A DNA stretch of 48,037 nucleotides from Lacibacter sp. (GTDB taxonomy: Bacteria > Bacteroidota > Bacteroidia > Chitinophagales > Chitinophagaceae). The translations under genes were made by a program, and so were the position numbers. Below are positions 46,440 through 48,037 of this stretch, piece by piece; the stretch's first letter is position 1; each line of letters starts with the position of its first letter. The notes under the pieces are model-generated. The model did not search any database and was not told where the DNA came from. It saw nothing but the letters and a program-made list of their open reading frames with translations. The DNA lies in contig DAIOWB010000001.1 of NCBI GenBank assembly GCA_036758725.1, positions 1 to 48,037 of the forward strand, given 5' to 3'.

Positions 46440-47540
46440 ATGAAAAAGATTCTTCTGCTTGGTTTTCTTATTCCTTTATTTCTTAAGGCCCAGGATGCAT
46501 ATTTATTAATTGGTACCTACACTTCTGCAGGCAGCGATGGAATTTATATTTACAATTTCAATTTAAAAACTGCTGAAGGAACTAAAATCAGTTCGGTTAA
46601 AACTTCCAATCCTTCTTTTCTTGATATTTCTACAAATAAGAAATTTGTTTATGCAGTCAATGAAGATGATCCGGGCAAAGTCTCTTCTTTCAGTTTTAAT
46701 AAAACCACGGGTACTTTAACCAAACTGAATGAAGTATCAAGCGGAGGTATACATCCCTGTTATATCAGTCTCAACAAAAAAGGGAATAGCCTGGTAGTGG
46801 GTAATTATAGTAGTGGAAATCTTTCTGTAATTAATATCAATGCAAATGGTTCATTGAATCAACCAAAGCAAACGATGCAACATAAAGGCAGTAGTATAAA
46901 CACAAAACGCCAGGAAAAACCGCATGTGCATTCAACAGTTTTTTCTCCCGATTATAAATATTTATTTGTCCCCGATTTAGGAATTGATAAAATAATGATT
47001 TATAAAGTCGCCCTTGATTATGGCATACTCACAACTGCTGATCCTGCTTTTGCACAGGTGAAAGCAGGTGCCGGACCAAGGCATTTTGAATTTCATCCAA
47101 AAGGGAAATTTGCATATCTCATGGAAGAATTAAGCGGATCAGTGAGCGCCTTTTCTTATAACGATGGGAAATTAACTTTGATTCAAAATATAACAGCACA
47201 CCCGTTAAGTTTTGATGGCAATATGGGTTCTGCAGATATTCATATTTCTCCTGATGGAAAATTTTTATATTGCAGTAACCGTGGTGATGCCAACTCCATT
47301 GCGATTTTTAAAATTGATCAGGAAAACGGAAAGCTTATTATTGCCGGTTTTCAGCCCACTTTGGGTAAACACCCGAGAAATTTTACAATAGACCCTACCG
47401 GAAATTTTTTATTGGTTGCCAACCGTGATAGTGATGAGATTGTTATTTTCAGTATCGATAAAAAAACAGGTTTACTTGATGATACAAAAAAAAGAATTAC
47501 TGTTTCCAAACCTGTATGTTTGAAATGGATCACTAAATAA
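46440..47540 (+). CDS. Lactonase, 6-phosphogluconolactonase (YbhE/Pgl) beta-propeller family, with signal peptide
   Basis: IGTYT, NPSFL, GNYSSG, RQEKPHVH, PDLGID, GAGPRH, SNRG, PRNF. Confidence 0.9.
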   Translation: MKKILLLGFLIPLFLKAQDAYLLIGTYTSAGSDGIYIYNFNLKTAEGTKISSVKTSNPSFLDISTNKKFVYAVNEDDPGKVSSFSFNKTTGTLTKLNEVSSGGIHPCYISLNKKGNSLVVGNYSSGNLSVININANGSLNQPKQTMQHKGSSINTKRQEKPHVHSTVFSPDYKYLFVPDLGIDKIMIYKVALDYGILTTADPAFAQVKAGAGPRHFEFHPKGKFAYLMEELSGSVSAFSYNDGKLTLIQNITAHPLSFDGNMGSADIHISPDGKFLYCSNRGDANSIAIFKIDQENGKLIIAGFQPTLGKHPRNFTIDPTGNFLLVANRDSDEIVIFSIDKKTGLLDDTKKRITVSKPVCLKWITK

Positions 47541-47549
47541 AATATTTAT

Positions 47550-47933
47550 ATGGAGATGAAAAAGATTTATCCCGAAACAATGCCTTATCCTAAAGGCTAC
47601 TACTCTCCTGCTATTGTTCATAACAAAACGGTTTATGTTAGCGGGCAGTTACCGTTAAATGAAAAAGGAGAACCACAAATTGCATGTATTGAAGATGAAG
47701 TGCGGCAATGCATGAAAAATATTGAAACCATTTTAGCAGCCTGCGGAAGTAATCTGCATCATATTCTGAAAGTGAATGTATTTATTGCAGATATAACCAA
47801 CTGGCCAAAGTTTAACCAGGTGTTTGCTGAAATTATGGGCGATCATCGTCCGGCAAGAATTGTTGTTCCATGTAATCAATTAAATTATGGTTGCGGAATT
47901 GAAATTGATTGTATAGCTGCAGTAGCTGAATAA
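47550..47933 (+). CDS. RidA/YjgF family imine deaminase
   Basis: YSPA, YVSGQLP, KVNVF, FNQV, RPAR (catalytic Arg), IEIDCIA. Confidence 0.9.
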   Translation: MEMKKIYPETMPYPKGYYSPAIVHNKTVYVSGQLPLNEKGEPQIACIEDEVRQCMKNIETILAACGSNLHHILKVNVFIADITNWPKFNQVFAEIMGDHRPARIVVPCNQLNYGCGIEIDCIAAVAE

Positions 47934-47940
47934 ACTTTTT

Positions 47941-48037
47941 ATGAGTATTACCAAAGAACAAATTGAAAAGGCGCATGAACGGATAAAACCATTCATTCAT
48001 AAAACCCCTGTGCTCACCTCTTTAACACTGAATTATT
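47941..48037 (+). CDS. PLP-dependent threonine/serine dehydratase (serine racemase-like), N-terminal fragment
   Basis: MSITKEQIEKAHERIKPFIHKTPVLTSLTLNY, typical N-terminus of this family. Truncated by window end, adjacent to ridA. Confidence 0.75.
   Translation, partial: MSITKEQIEKAHERIKPFIHKTPVLTSLTLNY

Noticed and set aside
47550..48037. ridA next to a Ser/Thr dehydratase as a novel system
   Set aside because: Well-established pairing: RidA removes enamine/imine intermediates made by PLP dehydratases.

Overview
A 48-kb AT-rich chromosomal segment of a Bacteroidota bacterium. TAnnTTTG-type promoters, TonB receptors, a T9SS plug-like gene and bifunctional HisB point to the phylum; Chitinophagaceae is my inference. 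Most genes are housekeeping or metabolic: two S9 peptidases, ppdK, a partial his operon (hisG-D-C-[sugar dehydrogenase + cytochrome c]-hisB) with a His-rich leader and attenuator, SRP RNA, fsa/tal, lepA, tpiA, purC, Sua5, a KirBac channel and a four-gene glycosylation cassette. I found no CRISPR, rRNA, tRNA, integrase or transposase. The strongest unexplained signals are intergenic. (i) An orphan, fully synonymous second copy of the last 8 codons plus stop of lepA lies 49 bp downstream of lepA, joined to a REP-like repeat and followed by the terminator. (ii) A small GIY-YIG nuclease gene is bracketed by 25-bp inverted repeats of that same repeat family. (iii) Several other short-repeat scars occur, including a probable decayed DUF559 remnant inside the his operon. 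Also noted: apparently leaderless his-leader and purC transcripts, a GNAT-ACBP in-frame fusion, a 41-aa lipopeptide absent from the ORF track, and a shared TGAY-N4-RTCA box upstream of ppdK, usp and a hypothetical gene. All assignments are by eye, without database searches.
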